Notes under the pieces: model-generated
The model's input: the letters and a program-made list of their open reading frames with translations, nothing else
Database searches by the model: none
Told to the model about the DNA's origin: nothing
Translations under genes and position numbers: made by a program
Origin: Bacteroidales bacterium
GTDB lineage: Bacteria; Bacteroidota; Bacteroidia; Bacteroidales; UBA7960
Reading direction: 5' to 3'
DNA length: 64,000 bases
Assembly: GCA_007125585.1 (NCBI GenBank)
Contig: SLCY01000087.1
Coordinates: 2,644-66,643 of the forward strand
In this document: piece after piece, positions 9,778-20,241 of the stretch
How the letters are laid out: each line of letters opens with the position of its first letter
Position numbering within the stretch: the first letter of the stretch is position 1

Positions 9778-10791
9778 TTACAGGTCTTCGCGGGAAAGCA
9801 GTTCCAGTCCGGTACTGGCATAGTATCCGTATGTTTCTGTATCGTCCGGGGCAGCAAATATCAAATAGGCTTCCAGGTCGTTTCGTTTTTCAACAAATTC
9901 GATGGAGCCTTCCAGGCCCATCACCATAAAAGCTGTTGCATAGGCGTCGGCCGAAATGCCGTCAGGGGCAAATACCGACGCGCTCATCAGCTGATGGTCG
10001 ACGGGATGGCCTGTTTCGGGATCGATGGTATGTGAGTACCTGCGCCCATCTTTTTCATAGTAGCGGCGATAATCGCCCGAAGTTGCCAGTCCGGAATCCC
10101 TGATCTCCACAAAATATGTCCACTCCTGTGCCGCATCCATTTCCCCGGCAGGGACCTCCAGGCCAATACGCCATTTGCTGCCATCGGGCTTCACGCCTCT
10201 GGCCACCAGGTCGCCGCCAATCTCAACAAGATAGGTGATGACCCCTTTTGACTCAAGCCATGAGCCCACAACATCGGCAGCATAGCCTTTTGCGATGGCA
10301 TTGAAGTCGAGCTGCACCCTGTCATCTTCCTTCACCAGGTGTCCATCCTCAAGCCATACCTTCTCATAGCCTACGAACTGCAACAGGCTGTCCACCTTTT
10401 CCGCGGTCATGTCTGCCCTTTCCGAAAACCCAAATCCCCAGGCGTTCACAAGCGGCAATACCGTGGCGTCAAAAGCACCACCTGTTTCGCGCGAAATCTC
10501 CTGCGCCCTGGTAAAGACCATCTCAAAATATTGATCTGCCTTTGTCTCTTCATTCCGGTTGATCCTTGACAGCAGAGACTCTTTGTCATAGATGGAGAGC
10601 GAACGGTTAAAGTCCTGAAAAAGACTGTCAACGGCATCATGGAAGACGGTGCCCTCATCCTCATAATAGGTGATGGAATAATAGGTCCCGAAAACCGTCC
10701 CGCGTATATTGACCCTTTGCGGAGAGCGGTCAAGGGGGCCACAAGCGGTCAGGAGGACCAGTAACATGCTGAATGTTTTTATCCTTGTCAT
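9778..10791 (-). CDS. apbE: FAD:protein FMN transferase ApbE (lipoprotein)
   Basis: Lipobox LTAC; GAFDATV.PLV.AWGF, DFNAIAKGY, VEIGGD, ATSGDY, SHTIDP, ADAYATA. Confidence 0.93.
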   Translation of the reverse strand: MTRIKTFSMLLVLLTACGPLDRSPQRVNIRGTVFGTYYSITYYEDEGTVFHDAVDSLFQDFNRSLSIYDKESLLSRINRNEETKADQYFEMVFTRAQEISRETGGAFDATVLPLVNAWGFGFSERADMTAEKVDSLLQFVGYEKVWLEDGHLVKEDDRVQLDFNAIAKGYAADVVGSWLESKGVITYLVEIGGDLVARGVKPDGSKWRIGLEVPAGEMDAAQEWTYFVEIRDSGLATSGDYRRYYEKDGRRYSHTIDPETGHPVDHQLMSASVFAPDGISADAYATAFMVMGLEGSIEFVEKRNDLEAYLIFAAPDDTETYGYYASTGLELLSREDL

Positions 10792-10965
10792 CTGTTGGTT
10801 ATTTTTGTTTGACAGGCCGGGCTTGCCGGTACATCAATCGTGTCAGGGTGTGTCAACATCTAAGGTGGAGGTGGCGCACCTGTCATATCCTGGTTTGGCA
10901 GCCCATCATATCCTGGTATTGTGCATCCGGGGTCCCGGGAAGATTTTTCCGGACAGGCCGGACCA

Positions 10966-11853
10966 TTACAACGGTTCTGTATGCACAGATATATATGTCT
11001 CTTCCCCGTATTTGTCGCGCAGCCTTTTTTCAAGCTGTACGGTGATCGCATGGGCTTCCCGTATGTTCAGGTCACGGTCTACCTGGATGTGCAGGTCGAT
11101 GGCGATATTACTGCCTATCTTGCGTGTTTTCAGTTCATGCGGATTATGTACCCCTTGCACATCGCCGGCAATGTTCAGAATTTCATTCTCATTTTTTGCC
11201 GGCAGTGAGGTTTCAATGAGCTCCATGAGTGCTTCCCGGATAATGACTACTGCCACTTTGAATATGAAGAAGCTGACCACAATCGCGGCAATGGGGTCCA
11301 GTATCACCCACCTCGTTCCCAGGAAAATCGCCCCGCCAATCCCCAACAGGGTCGCCAAGGAGGAATAGGCATCGCTGCGATGATGCCAAGCGTTGGCAAT
11401 CAGCACATTGCTGTCACACTCCTTTCCTTTGCGCAGGGTATAGCGGTACAGCGTTTCTTTGATGATGATGGAGAACACCGCTGCATAAAGGGCGATCATG
11501 CCGGGCCGTTGCAGCGGTTGATCGCCCAGGTGGCCGACAATACTCTTAATCCCTGAATACATAATGCCGGCTCCCACGGCAAATAGGACCCCGCCGACAA
11601 ATGCTGCGGCCAGGGTTTCCACTTTCCCGTGTCCGTATTTGTGGTTGCCGTCGCGGGGCTTTGCTGCGACCCTGAGGCTGCCGGCGATGATCAGGTCGGT
11701 CATGAAGTCGCTGACTGAGTGTATGGCATCTGCCACCATGGCTGCGCTGCGGCCCAGTATGCCGGCAGCCAGCTTAAGCAGCATCAGCGCAATGTTCCCC
11801 AAAAAACCGATCCAGATAACGCGGCTGGACGTGATAAAACGGGATCTTTTCAT
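10966..11853 (-). CDS. Cation diffusion facilitator (FieF-like) transporter
   Basis: SAAMVADAIHSVSD, HKYGHGKVE, ANAWHHRSD, C-terminal VHTEP. Confidence 0.9.
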   Translation of the reverse strand: MKRSRFITSSRVIWIGFLGNIALMLLKLAAGILGRSAAMVADAIHSVSDFMTDLIIAGSLRVAAKPRDGNHKYGHGKVETLAAAFVGGVLFAVGAGIMYSGIKSIVGHLGDQPLQRPGMIALYAAVFSIIIKETLYRYTLRKGKECDSNVLIANAWHHRSDAYSSLATLLGIGGAIFLGTRWVILDPIAAIVVSFFIFKVAVVIIREALMELIETSLPAKNENEILNIAGDVQGVHNPHELKTRKIGSNIAIDLHIQVDRDLNIREAHAITVQLEKRLRDKYGEETYISVHTEPL

Positions 11854-11866
11854 GCCTGGCGGTTTC

Positions 11867-11892
11867 AAAAAAGCCCTTTTTAAAAAAGGGCT
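11867..11892 (-). terminator. Intrinsic terminator-like hairpin after nqrF
   Basis: AGCCCTTTTT/AAAAAGGGCT inverted repeat followed on the minus strand by a T-run, just past the nqrF stop. Confidence 0.5.
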
Positions 11893-11898
11893 ACAAAG

Positions 11899-13176
11899 TT
11901 AACCTCCAAAATCGTCAAGGTCAATATTTTCTTCAGGGACCCCCAGGTTGTCCAGCATGCCCAGGACGGACTCATTCATGATGGGCGGGCCGCAGAGGTA
12001 GTATTCGAGCTCTTCGGGTTCGGGGTGCTCTTTCAGATAATTGTCCAGCACCACCTGGTGTATAAAGCCGGTGTAACCATCCCAGTCATCTTCCGGAAGG
12101 GGTTCAGATAGTGCTATGTTAAAGGTAAAATTAGGAAACTCCTTCTCTATTTTCCGGAAGTCCTCTTCATAGAAGATCTCTCTTTTCGAGCGGGCGCCAT
12201 ACCAGTACGACACTTTTCTGTCGGTCTTCAACGTATGGAAAAGATGAAAGATATGTGACCGCAGGGGTGCCATGCCGGCGCCACCGCCTATGTATACCAT
12301 CTCTCGCGCTGTATCTTTGATGAAGAAGTCGCCGTAAGGGCCGGAGATGGTCACCTTGTCGCCTGGCTTGCGGGAGAATACGTAGGAGGAGCAGATGCCG
12401 GGATTCACATTCATGAACCTGTTTTTCTTTTGATCCCACGGTGGGGTGGCGATGCGGACATTCAACTTGATGATGTTTCCTTCGGCCGGGTGGTTCGCCA
12501 TGGAGTATGCACGGAAAATGGGTTCGGGGTTGACCATTTTCAGGTCCCACATTTTCAGTTTGTCCCAGTCTTTCCTGAATTCTTTTTCCACATGCATATC
12601 GGCAAAGGGGATCTCACATGGCGGCACGTCGATCTGGATATAGCCGCCCGATTTGAACTCCAGGTTTTCACCTTCAGGCAGTTTCACCACAAATTCCTTG
12701 ATAAAGGTGGCCACATTGCGGTTTGACACCACTTCACACTCCCATTTTTTGATGCCGAAGATCTCTTTGGGCACTTTGATGTCCAGGTCCTGTTTTACTT
12801 TTACCTGGCAGCTCAGCCGCCATTTCTCCTGTATCTCTTTGCGTGTGAAGTAACCCACCTCTGTTGGCAGGATATCCCCGGCGCCATCCATTACCTGGCA
12901 TTTGCACATGGCGCAGGTGCCGCCGCCGCCACATGCGCTGGGCAGGTAGATCGACTCCCTCGAAAGGGTTGTCAGCAATGTGTCTCCGGCATTCACCTCC
13001 AGTTCTTTCTCGTCGTTGATCGTTACTTTTACCGGCCCGCTGGGTACGAGCTTTGCCCGCGCATACAGCAGAACACCCACCAGCAAAAGCATCACCACAA
13101 GGAACATGGCCACGCTGAGGGTGATGACCCATAAGTTGCTGACTTCCAACAATATCATGACAATCTCTTTAAACAT
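11899..13176 (-). CDS. nqrF: Na(+)-translocating NADH:quinone reductase subunit F
   Basis: [12 protein letters not shown] 2Fe-2S motif, [35 protein letters not shown]. Confidence 0.97.
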   Translation of the reverse strand: MFKEIVMILLEVSNLWVITLSVAMFLVVMLLLVGVLLYARAKLVPSGPVKVTINDEKELEVNAGDTLLTTLSRESIYLPSACGGGGTCAMCKCQVMDGAGDILPTEVGYFTRKEIQEKWRLSCQVKVKQDLDIKVPKEIFGIKKWECEVVSNRNVATFIKEFVVKLPEGENLEFKSGGYIQIDVPPCEIPFADMHVEKEFRKDWDKLKMWDLKMVNPEPIFRAYSMANHPAEGNIIKLNVRIATPPWDQKKNRFMNVNPGICSSYVFSRKPGDKVTISGPYGDFFIKDTAREMVYIGGGAGMAPLRSHIFHLFHTLKTDRKVSYWYGARSKREIFYEEDFRKIEKEFPNFTFNIALSEPLPEDDWDGYTGFIHQVVLDNYLKEHPEPEELEYYLCGPPIMNESVLGMLDNLGVPEENIDLDDFGG

Positions 13177-13184
13177 GTTTTTTT

Positions 13185-13802
13185 TTACAATTCGATGCCC
13201 ATAAAGCTCATAAAAGCGATCCCCATCAGTCCGGTTATTATGAATGTGATCCCGAGGCCGCGCAGGGGTGCAGGGACTGCTGAATACCTGATCTTTTCGC
13301 GGATGGCGGCGATGCCCACGATGGCAAGGAACCAGCCCACGCCGCTGCCCAGTCCAAAAGCTGTGGCTTCCGCAAGGTTTGCATAGTTACGTTCCTGCAT
13401 GAAGAGGGATCCTCCGAGGATGGCACAGTTCACGGCGATCAGTGGCAGAAAGATCCCCAGTGAGTTATACAGTGTCGGACTGAACTTTTCGATGATCATC
13501 TCCACCAGTTGTACCATGGCGGCTATGATGGCGATGAACATGATGAAGGTCAGAAAGCTCAGGTCGACAGCGGCAAACTGCGGCCCGAGCCAGGCAAGCG
13601 CTCCCCTTCCCAGGATGAACGATTCCAGCAGGTAGTTGATGGGCACGGTGATGCCCAGCACGAAGATCACCGCAAAGCCAAGGCCGACGCTGGTGTTTAC
13701 CGTCCGCGACACGGCCAGGTAGGAACACATGCCCAGGAAATAGGCAAACACCATGTTGTCAATAAAGATCGACTTTACAAATATGTTGACGAGTTCTTCC
13801 AT
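13185..13802 (-). CDS. nqrE: Na(+)-NQR subunit E
   Basis: [31 protein letters not shown]. Confidence 0.96.
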   Translation of the reverse strand: MEELVNIFVKSIFIDNMVFAYFLGMCSYLAVSRTVNTSVGLGFAVIFVLGITVPINYLLESFILGRGALAWLGPQFAAVDLSFLTFIMFIAIIAAMVQLVEMIIEKFSPTLYNSLGIFLPLIAVNCAILGGSLFMQERNYANLAEATAFGLGSGVGWFLAIVGIAAIREKIRYSAVPAPLRGLGITFIITGLMGIAFMSFMGIEL

Positions 13803-13833
13803 TGCATTGCTGTTTTACGTTCAACCATCCTTG

Positions 13834-14496
13834 TTAGCTGACATCGACCAGGCTCCGGTCTTTATGCCGTTGCACCCATATGATGACACCCACGGTGATG
13901 AGCGCCATGGGTGGCAATATCATGAAGCCATTGTTCTCATAGCCCATCTCATAGACTGCATTGGGGATGACCTGGTAGCCCATGAGGGTCCCTGAACCAA
14001 AGAGTTCACGGAAGAAGCCTACCGTCAGGAGCACCCATCCATAGCCGGCGGCATTGCCTATGCCATCGAGGAATGACGGCCAGGGCTTGTTGTTCAGGGC
14101 GAAGGCTTCGAGTCGCCCCATGATGATACAGTTGGTGATGATCAGTCCCACGAACACGGACAGCTGCCTGCTGACATCATAAACATAGGCTTTCAGCACC
14201 TGGTCCACCAGGATCACGAGGGAGGCAATGACGGTGAGCTGTACGATGATTCGGATGCGTGGCGGGATGGTTTTGCGCAGCAGGGAGATGATCACATTGG
14301 CAAACCCCATGACGGCAACCACCGAGATGGCCATCACCAGCGATGTCTGCAGTTGCACCGTGATGGCCAGCACCGAACAGATCCCCAACACCTGGACGCT
14401 GATGGGGTTGTCTTTCCCCAGGGGGTTCGACAGCAGCTTCTGGTTCTTCGGAGAGAACAAAGCCTCTTTCTGTGTATTGTTATTGTTCTGGCTCAT
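13834..14496 (-). CDS. nqrD: Na(+)-NQR subunit D
   Basis: NPISVQVLGICS, LSVFVGLIITNCIIMGRLEAFA, DGIGN. Confidence 0.96.
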   Translation of the reverse strand: MSQNNNNTQKEALFSPKNQKLLSNPLGKDNPISVQVLGICSVLAITVQLQTSLVMAISVVAVMGFANVIISLLRKTIPPRIRIIVQLTVIASLVILVDQVLKAYVYDVSRQLSVFVGLIITNCIIMGRLEAFALNNKPWPSFLDGIGNAAGYGWVLLTVGFFRELFGSGTLMGYQVIPNAVYEMGYENNGFMILPPMALITVGVIIWVQRHKDRSLVDVS

Positions 14497-15185
14497 GTGG
14501 TTTTGAGTTTTTCAAAGTAAGACTTGTACAGTTCCAGGCCGTCTCGCAGCATGTTGGTCACACCGTTGGAGGTGATGGTGCCGCCGCTGATCCCATCGAC
14601 GGCATGGGGGTCATCTGGATCCACCCTCCCTTTCACCACCCTCACCGGGCGGAAGTTGCTTTCATCGTCAAAGATCTTTTTGCCGGCAAACTGCTGTTCG
14701 AAGCCCCGTTCAGAGATCTCTGCCCCCAGGCCGGGCGTTTCGCTTGCATGGTCGAAGTTGGCACCGGCAACCGTTACAAGGTCAGACTCCAGCCCGACAT
14801 ATCCCCAGATAGGGCCCCAGAGCCCCGCACCCCTCAGGGGCACTATATAATAAATCTCACCGTCCACTTCGGCAATATATACAGGCAGCCGGCGATCTTC
14901 AACCCCTTTACGGATCTCATCCTGCAGGTCCACTTCAAAGGCATCCCCTTCGATCTCATCCCCTACATGGTTCACGATCTTTGTGTTTGTCACATAGCGG
15001 TCAAACAGGTCTTCGACCTCACCCCGCGGTGCGGGAATATTGATGGCAGCAAGGATGTTCTGCATTTTTTCGATGCGCATATTTCGTTCCTGCAGGGGCC
15101 TGAGCAATGTAGCGGCTCCTGACAGGACAACTGCCACGATGATCACCATTGCTGAAGCATAGAGAAACACATATCGGTTTGACAT
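14493..15185 (-). CDS. nqrC: Na(+)-NQR subunit C
   Basis: GAGLWGPIWG, ETPGLG, VDGISGGTITS FMN-attachment motif. Confidence 0.95.
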   Translation of the reverse strand: MSNRYVFLYASAMVIIVAVVLSGAATLLRPLQERNMRIEKMQNILAAINIPAPRGEVEDLFDRYVTNTKIVNHVGDEIEGDAFEVDLQDEIRKGVEDRRLPVYIAEVDGEIYYIVPLRGAGLWGPIWGYVGLESDLVTVAGANFDHASETPGLGAEISERGFEQQFAGKKIFDDESNFRPVRVVKGRVDPDDPHAVDGISGGTITSNGVTNMLRDGLELYKSYFEKLKTT

Positions 15186-15205
15186 CGGATTTGTTTTTAA
15201 AGGGT

Positions 15206-16390
15206 TTATTCTGAATCCATCTTCACCTGCAGGTTTTTCAGCCTGCCCAGGCGCCTTTTGATGTTCGCGCCCACCACGTAATGGTCGATCAGCGGTGCAA
15301 ACACATTCATGAACAAAATGGCCAGCATCATCCCTTCAGGATAGGCCGGGTTCACAACACGTATCAGCAGGGTGATCACGCCGATCAGGAATCCATAGAT
15401 GTACTTCCCTGTACCGGTCTGGGAGGCTGACACCGGGTCGGTGGCCATGTACACCGCTCCAAAGGCAAATCCACCCATGATCAGGTGGTGGTATGGGGGG
15501 ATGGTCATGAATTCATTCACGGCAAACAGGTTGAACAGCAATCCCATGAACACGCCGCCGGCCAGTACAGACAGCATGATGCGAAGGCTTCCCACGCCGG
15601 TGGCTACCAGAATAAGGGCACCCAGGAGTATGGCCACCGTGGAGGTCTCTCCAACAGAGCCGGGGATCGTCCCGATAAACATCTCCATGGCCGAAGGCAG
15701 CGACTGCATATTTCCTGTGGCAAGCACGGCAAGTGGTGTTGCCCCGGAAAACCCATCGATCAGCTGTTGCCCCTCTTGCAGGTTGGTATAGATCCACACA
15801 TCATCGCCCGAGAGGTGGGCCGGGTAGGCAAAGAACAGGAAGGCACGGGCCAGCAGGGCCGGGTTCAGGATGTTCATTCCCGTGCCGCCAAAAACCTCTT
15901 TGCCAATAATTACAGCAAACACAGTGGCTACGGCCACCATCCACAATGGTGTTGTCACAGGGATGATCAGCGGGATCAACATGCCCGTAACCAAAAAGCC
16001 TTCATTCACCTCATGGTCCCGTATGCTGGCAAAAATAAACTCAACGGCGAGTCCGGAGGCATAGCTCACGATGATCAGCGGAACAACTTTTATCAGTCCG
16101 AAAACAAACTTGTCAAAAAAGTCAACCTCCAGGCCGATGGCCTGATAGTGCTGGGACCCCACGTTCCACATCCCGAAAAGCAATACGGGGATCAGGGCAA
16201 TGATCACATGAAACATGGTCCGCTTCATGTCTATGGCATCGCGGATATGGCTCCCCCTCTTTGTCACATTCCCGCTGACAAAAAGAAATGTCTCAAAAGC
16301 TTCAAAAGAACGGTAAAACTTCTCCAGCCGGCCCCCCTTTTCAAAATGCGGCTTGACCTTCTTCTCAACCAGATTGTGTAAAGCTTTCAA
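15206..16390 (-). CDS. nqrB: Na(+)-NQR subunit B
   Basis: HIRDAIDMKRTM, KEVFGGTGMNILNPAL, DGFSGATPL (FMN), GSVGETS, MATDPVS, YPEGMMLAIL. Confidence 0.96.
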   Translation of the reverse strand: MKALHNLVEKKVKPHFEKGGRLEKFYRSFEAFETFLFVSGNVTKRGSHIRDAIDMKRTMFHVIIALIPVLLFGMWNVGSQHYQAIGLEVDFFDKFVFGLIKVVPLIIVSYASGLAVEFIFASIRDHEVNEGFLVTGMLIPLIIPVTTPLWMVAVATVFAVIIGKEVFGGTGMNILNPALLARAFLFFAYPAHLSGDDVWIYTNLQEGQQLIDGFSGATPLAVLATGNMQSLPSAMEMFIGTIPGSVGETSTVAILLGALILVATGVGSLRIMLSVLAGGVFMGLLFNLFAVNEFMTIPPYHHLIMGGFAFGAVYMATDPVSASQTGTGKYIYGFLIGVITLLIRVVNPAYPEGMMLAILFMNVFAPLIDHYVVGANIKRRLGRLKNLQVKMDSE

Positions 16391-16431
16391 TGTCCTTTGT
16401 TTTATGGGTTATTATCTGTCAAACAATCGTA

Positions 16432-17793
16432 TCAGGCAAACTCTTTCTGCATGGCATCCAGCCCTTCACGGACAATGGTCTGCATTTCGATCTTCGACGG
16501 GCACACAAACTCGCACAGGGCAAAGTCCTCCGGGGCCACCTCGTAGATCCCCAGCTTTTCCATCATGTCAATATCATTGATCATGATTGATTTTATCAGC
16601 TGCATGGGCAGGATATCCATGGGCAGCACCCTTTCATACACGCCTGTGATGACAAATGGCCTTTCGCCACTGCGTATATTGGTATTCAGGCGGTATTTTT
16701 TCCATGGCATCAAAAAAGAGAAGAAGGTCCTGGAAACACTGAATTTGTCCGTTTTGGGGATGAGCCATCCCAGCAGTTCGGGCTTGTCACCTTCGGGGAT
16801 CACCGTCACCTGGTCATCATAGAATCCAACAAAGCCGCCGGGACCGATCTTTTCGCCCGACAACACATCCCCGCTGATGAAACGGGGGGTGACATCTTTT
16901 TCTTCTTTGATGTTGTTTTGGGTGAATGACGTGATCCTGGCCCCACGAAGGGTTTTATAGTAACGTGGGTTGAGCACTTCCGGGCCGGTGAGGGCAACAA
17001 TTTTCTGCGCGGAATAAATGCCTTTGTCAAACAGGCGGCCGATGGCGATCACATCCTGGACATCCACAACCCATACGGTCTCCCCTTTGTTGAGCGGGCT
17101 GACATGATGTATCTGTATGCCAATATTGCCGGCTGGATGCGGCCCCTTGAAGCGGTGTACCCTGGCTCCTTTTGCCTGGATGAAGGCTTTCGAAGTGGTA
17201 TCGGTGGCGTGTATGCCCAGGTGGACATCACCGTCCGTTAGACGGCCAAGCACATCAAGGCCTTTCTGGAATTCGTTCTCCTGCCCGTTAACGACAAAGT
17301 CCATGTCCGGCGCCAGGGGTGCTGTTTTAAACCCGGAGATAAAGAGCGCACGGGGTATGTCATTCTGGTTGGCGATGACCGAATAGGGGCGTTGACGAAT
17401 GGCAGGCCACAGACCACTTTTAAGCAGTTTTTCGACAATCTGGGCACGCGTGAACGAAGCAGGGGAGCCGGCACCAAAGTCAACATGTTCATTCTTTCCG
17501 TCAGGCTCTATGCGAACCTCCAGAATACGGCGTTTGGCACCCCTTACCAACTGCGTAAACGTACCACTGACGGGAGAGGTAAATACCACATCCTCATTGT
17601 GCTTGTCAAAAAACAAAGGGGTGCCGGCCTTGACACGGGCCCCCTCTTCCACCATCATCTTCGGGAACAGCCCGTGAAAATCAGGCGGCTTCATTGCATA
17701 TTCATCAACCCGGGGCGGTGTCTGCAATATTTTCTCCGCATCCCCAAACAAAGGGATGTCTAACCCACGTTTGATCTTGATCACTGTCGCCAT
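16432..17793 (-). CDS. nqrA: Na(+)-NQR subunit A
   Basis: IKIKRGLDIP, FTSPVSG, GPHPAGN, EDFALCEFVCPSK. Confidence 0.96.
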   Translation of the reverse strand: MATVIKIKRGLDIPLFGDAEKILQTPPRVDEYAMKPPDFHGLFPKMMVEEGARVKAGTPLFFDKHNEDVVFTSPVSGTFTQLVRGAKRRILEVRIEPDGKNEHVDFGAGSPASFTRAQIVEKLLKSGLWPAIRQRPYSVIANQNDIPRALFISGFKTAPLAPDMDFVVNGQENEFQKGLDVLGRLTDGDVHLGIHATDTTSKAFIQAKGARVHRFKGPHPAGNIGIQIHHVSPLNKGETVWVVDVQDVIAIGRLFDKGIYSAQKIVALTGPEVLNPRYYKTLRGARITSFTQNNIKEEKDVTPRFISGDVLSGEKIGPGGFVGFYDDQVTVIPEGDKPELLGWLIPKTDKFSVSRTFFSFLMPWKKYRLNTNIRSGERPFVITGVYERVLPMDILPMQLIKSIMINDIDMMEKLGIYEVAPEDFALCEFVCPSKIEMQTIVREGLDAMQKEFA

Positions 17794-17932
17794 CTTCTGA
17801 TCATATTTTCTGAATAATGCTCAGCAACAAAATTATAGATATTTTTAAATACCAAAAATACTTTTGCCACAATTTCATTTTTTGATTAGCTTTGCTTACA
17901 GCACAGCTGTGCAACACGAAAAATGGATTCAG

Positions 17933-19258
17933 ATGCAATGCCGCTTTCCCTTTCTGTTAAAAACCTTCCCCTCTTTATGCCTTGGGATTGCCTGGGTGAT
18001 GATAACCGCCCTGTTGCCCTCCGGTGCGAAGGCTGAAGATAGAGACTATTTTCTTTATGGCGATTTTACCCATAAAAACAACATCAAAACCGTTTTGTTT
18101 AATCAAAAAGGTTTTGACCTGTCCCCCCCTTTGATACGCATGGGCTCCGGTGACCGCCTGATCCTCCGCTTTGATGATCTGGATGCTGATTACAAGCAAT
18201 ACCATTACACCATCATCCATTGCGATGCCCATTGGCAGCCTTCCGAACTGAGGAAGCACGAGTACATCGAAGGGTTTTATGAGGACCAGATCAGGGATTA
18301 CCGCCGGTCGATGAACACCAGGGTGCCATACACGCATTACTGGTTGGAATTTCCGAATGCTAACCTGCGCCCGGCAAAGTCGGGCAACTATATCTTGAAG
18401 GTGTTCCTTGAGGGTGACCCTGGCAATGTTGTGTTCACGCGAAGGTTTTCGGTGTTCAGGCAAATTGTCACCGTTGATGGCTATGTTCAGCAGGCCAACC
18501 TGGTACGCTACCGTGACCGGAAGCAGCAACTGGTGTTCAACATCAACACCGGCAGTTACCGTATCACCAATCCCTACCGCGACCTCAAAGTGGTAATTAC
18601 GCAAAACGGACGCTGGGACAATGCGATCACCGGCCTGCCCCCAAGGACCATCCGGGGCAACGAACTGCTCTATGACCATGAAGAAAAGACGCTTTTTGAA
18701 GGCAACAACGAATTCAGGCGTTTTGACATCCGAAGCCTGAGGTATCTGTCAGAAAGGGTTGAAGACATCCGCTCTTCCAGAAGGTACTGGGATGTTTACC
18801 TTTTGCCCGACAGGCCGCGGGCATACCAGCGGTATGTCACCGATGATGACCTGAACGGCAGGTTCCAGGTAATGACCCATGATGCACGCGACAACCACCT
18901 GGAGGGTGATTATGCCTGGGTCCATTTTCACCTGCCGATGGAGGGGGGGCCTTTGGAGCAAGGCTACCTGCATGTGATGGGTGCGCTGACAGACTGGCAC
19001 TTCTCGGAGGAGAACAAGATGAATTATAATTATGGGGAGCAGGCCTACGAGTTGAGCCTGCTCCTGAAACAGGGATACTACAACTATTTGTACGCCTATC
19101 TGTCTGAAGATGATTCAGAGGCCGACATCAGCCATATTGAGGGGAGCCATTCCGTTACCGAAAACGACTACACCATCTATGTATACCACCGGCAGCCCGG
19201 CGACCTGTATGACCGCCTGGTCGGCATTGGCCATATGAACCCGGCCATCCCCAGGTAA
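17933..19258 (+). CDS. DUF5103-domain protein (T9SS plug-like)
   Basis: LRFDDL...YHYTIIHCDAHW.PS, SMNT.VPYTHY, SGNY, GNNEFR.FD, LLKQGYYNY, TENDY motifs typical of Bacteroidota DUF5103. Confidence 0.75.
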   Translation: MQCRFPFLLKTFPSLCLGIAWVMITALLPSGAKAEDRDYFLYGDFTHKNNIKTVLFNQKGFDLSPPLIRMGSGDRLILRFDDLDADYKQYHYTIIHCDAHWQPSELRKHEYIEGFYEDQIRDYRRSMNTRVPYTHYWLEFPNANLRPAKSGNYILKVFLEGDPGNVVFTRRFSVFRQIVTVDGYVQQANLVRYRDRKQQLVFNINTGSYRITNPYRDLKVVITQNGRWDNAITGLPPRTIRGNELLYDHEEKTLFEGNNEFRRFDIRSLRYLSERVEDIRSSRRYWDVYLLPDRPRAYQRYVTDDDLNGRFQVMTHDARDNHLEGDYAWVHFHLPMEGGPLEQGYLHVMGALTDWHFSEENKMNYNYGEQAYELSLLLKQGYYNYLYAYLSEDDSEADISHIEGSHSVTENDYTIYVYHRQPGDLYDRLVGIGHMNPAIPR

Positions 19259-19287
19259 GGCAGGCCGCAGGATATCCACAGCAGTCA

Positions 19288-19494
19288 TCATCCGCCACTG
19301 ATCAGATGGATCACCTTCACATCATCCCCATCGTGGATCATGGTACTGTCATACTCATCCGTTCGTATGGTGTTGCCGTTAATCCTGACCACCAGGAACT
19401 TGAAGGTGAAGTTCTTGTGTTTCAACAATTCACTCACCGACATCCTTTCTTTGCCGGAAATCGTTTCAGGACGGTTGTTTAGTGTGATGTTCAT
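19288..19494 (-). CDS. thiS: Sulfur carrier protein ThiS
   Basis: 68 aa ubiquitin-like; VVRING, DGDDV, C-terminal ISGG. Confidence 0.85.
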   Translation of the reverse strand: MNITLNNRPETISGKERMSVSELLKHKNFTFKFLVVRINGNTIRTDEYDSTMIHDGDDVKVIHLISGG

Positions 19495-19588
19495 CTCTCT
19501 TGAATGGTCTCCGGTTTTTTATTTCAAACGACAGGGTGTTTTGGATGCATCGGGCGACCCCCACGCTTCCGTCGCGGGCCGCGCCCCA

Positions 19589-20104
19589 TCAAAAGCTGCG
19601 CCTTGCCTCACTCTTTAAAAAGTCCAGCGCTTCCCTGGTGGCTGACTTTTCAAGGTCTGTCTCCAGGATCTTTTGGCTCAGGTCGGTGGCGCCGGCACCT
19701 TCCTTCAGTGATGAAGCCAGGGAGTTGATCTGGCCCATGGTCTCCTCATATGCACGGTTGATGAGATCCCAGGCCTGGGGTGAGATATACAATTGCTGTG
19801 ACAGGTTGTGCGTGTATTCATCACGAACGCTTTTGATCAGCTGTTTTTGCAGTTCTCCCGCTGTCAGCTCAGGCCGGTATACCCTCATGATCAGGTTGTT
19901 TGGAGAAATACGCTCCAGAAATAAAACAAGCCGCTCATACGCCTGCAGGCGAAGTGGCATCGAAATGCGCATCCGGTCAGACATCAGATCTGCATGACGG
20001 CGTTTGTTCTCTTGCTGGAAAAATTCCTTCAAAAGAAACCATGCCGTGACAAAAACGACGATCGAAGGGATGGTATAACGCAATATGTAATAGATGTCTC
20101 CCAT
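19589..20104 (-). CDS. Conserved Bacteroidota single-TM hypothetical protein
   Basis: N-terminal TM; PLRLQAYERLVLFLERISP...EY.HNLSQQLY pattern. Confidence 0.7.
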   Translation of the reverse strand: MGDIYYILRYTIPSIVVFVTAWFLLKEFFQQENKRRHADLMSDRMRISMPLRLQAYERLVLFLERISPNNLIMRVYRPELTAGELQKQLIKSVRDEYTHNLSQQLYISPQAWDLINRAYEETMGQINSLASSLKEGAGATDLSQKILETDLEKSATREALDFLKSEARRSF

Positions 20105-20241
20105 GGCTATAGGTATTTTCAGACAAAGATAATCCCTTTTGGCAAATTGGTTTATTTTGCTAATTTTGCCGCTCACCATTTCTATAAAAAACCTGATATC
20201 AACTGTTTATTATAAACCCACCCCTTATCGTTTACAGAGCC

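Noticed and set aside
15485..16381. 298-aa plus-strand ORF
   Set aside because: Antisense shadow of nqrB
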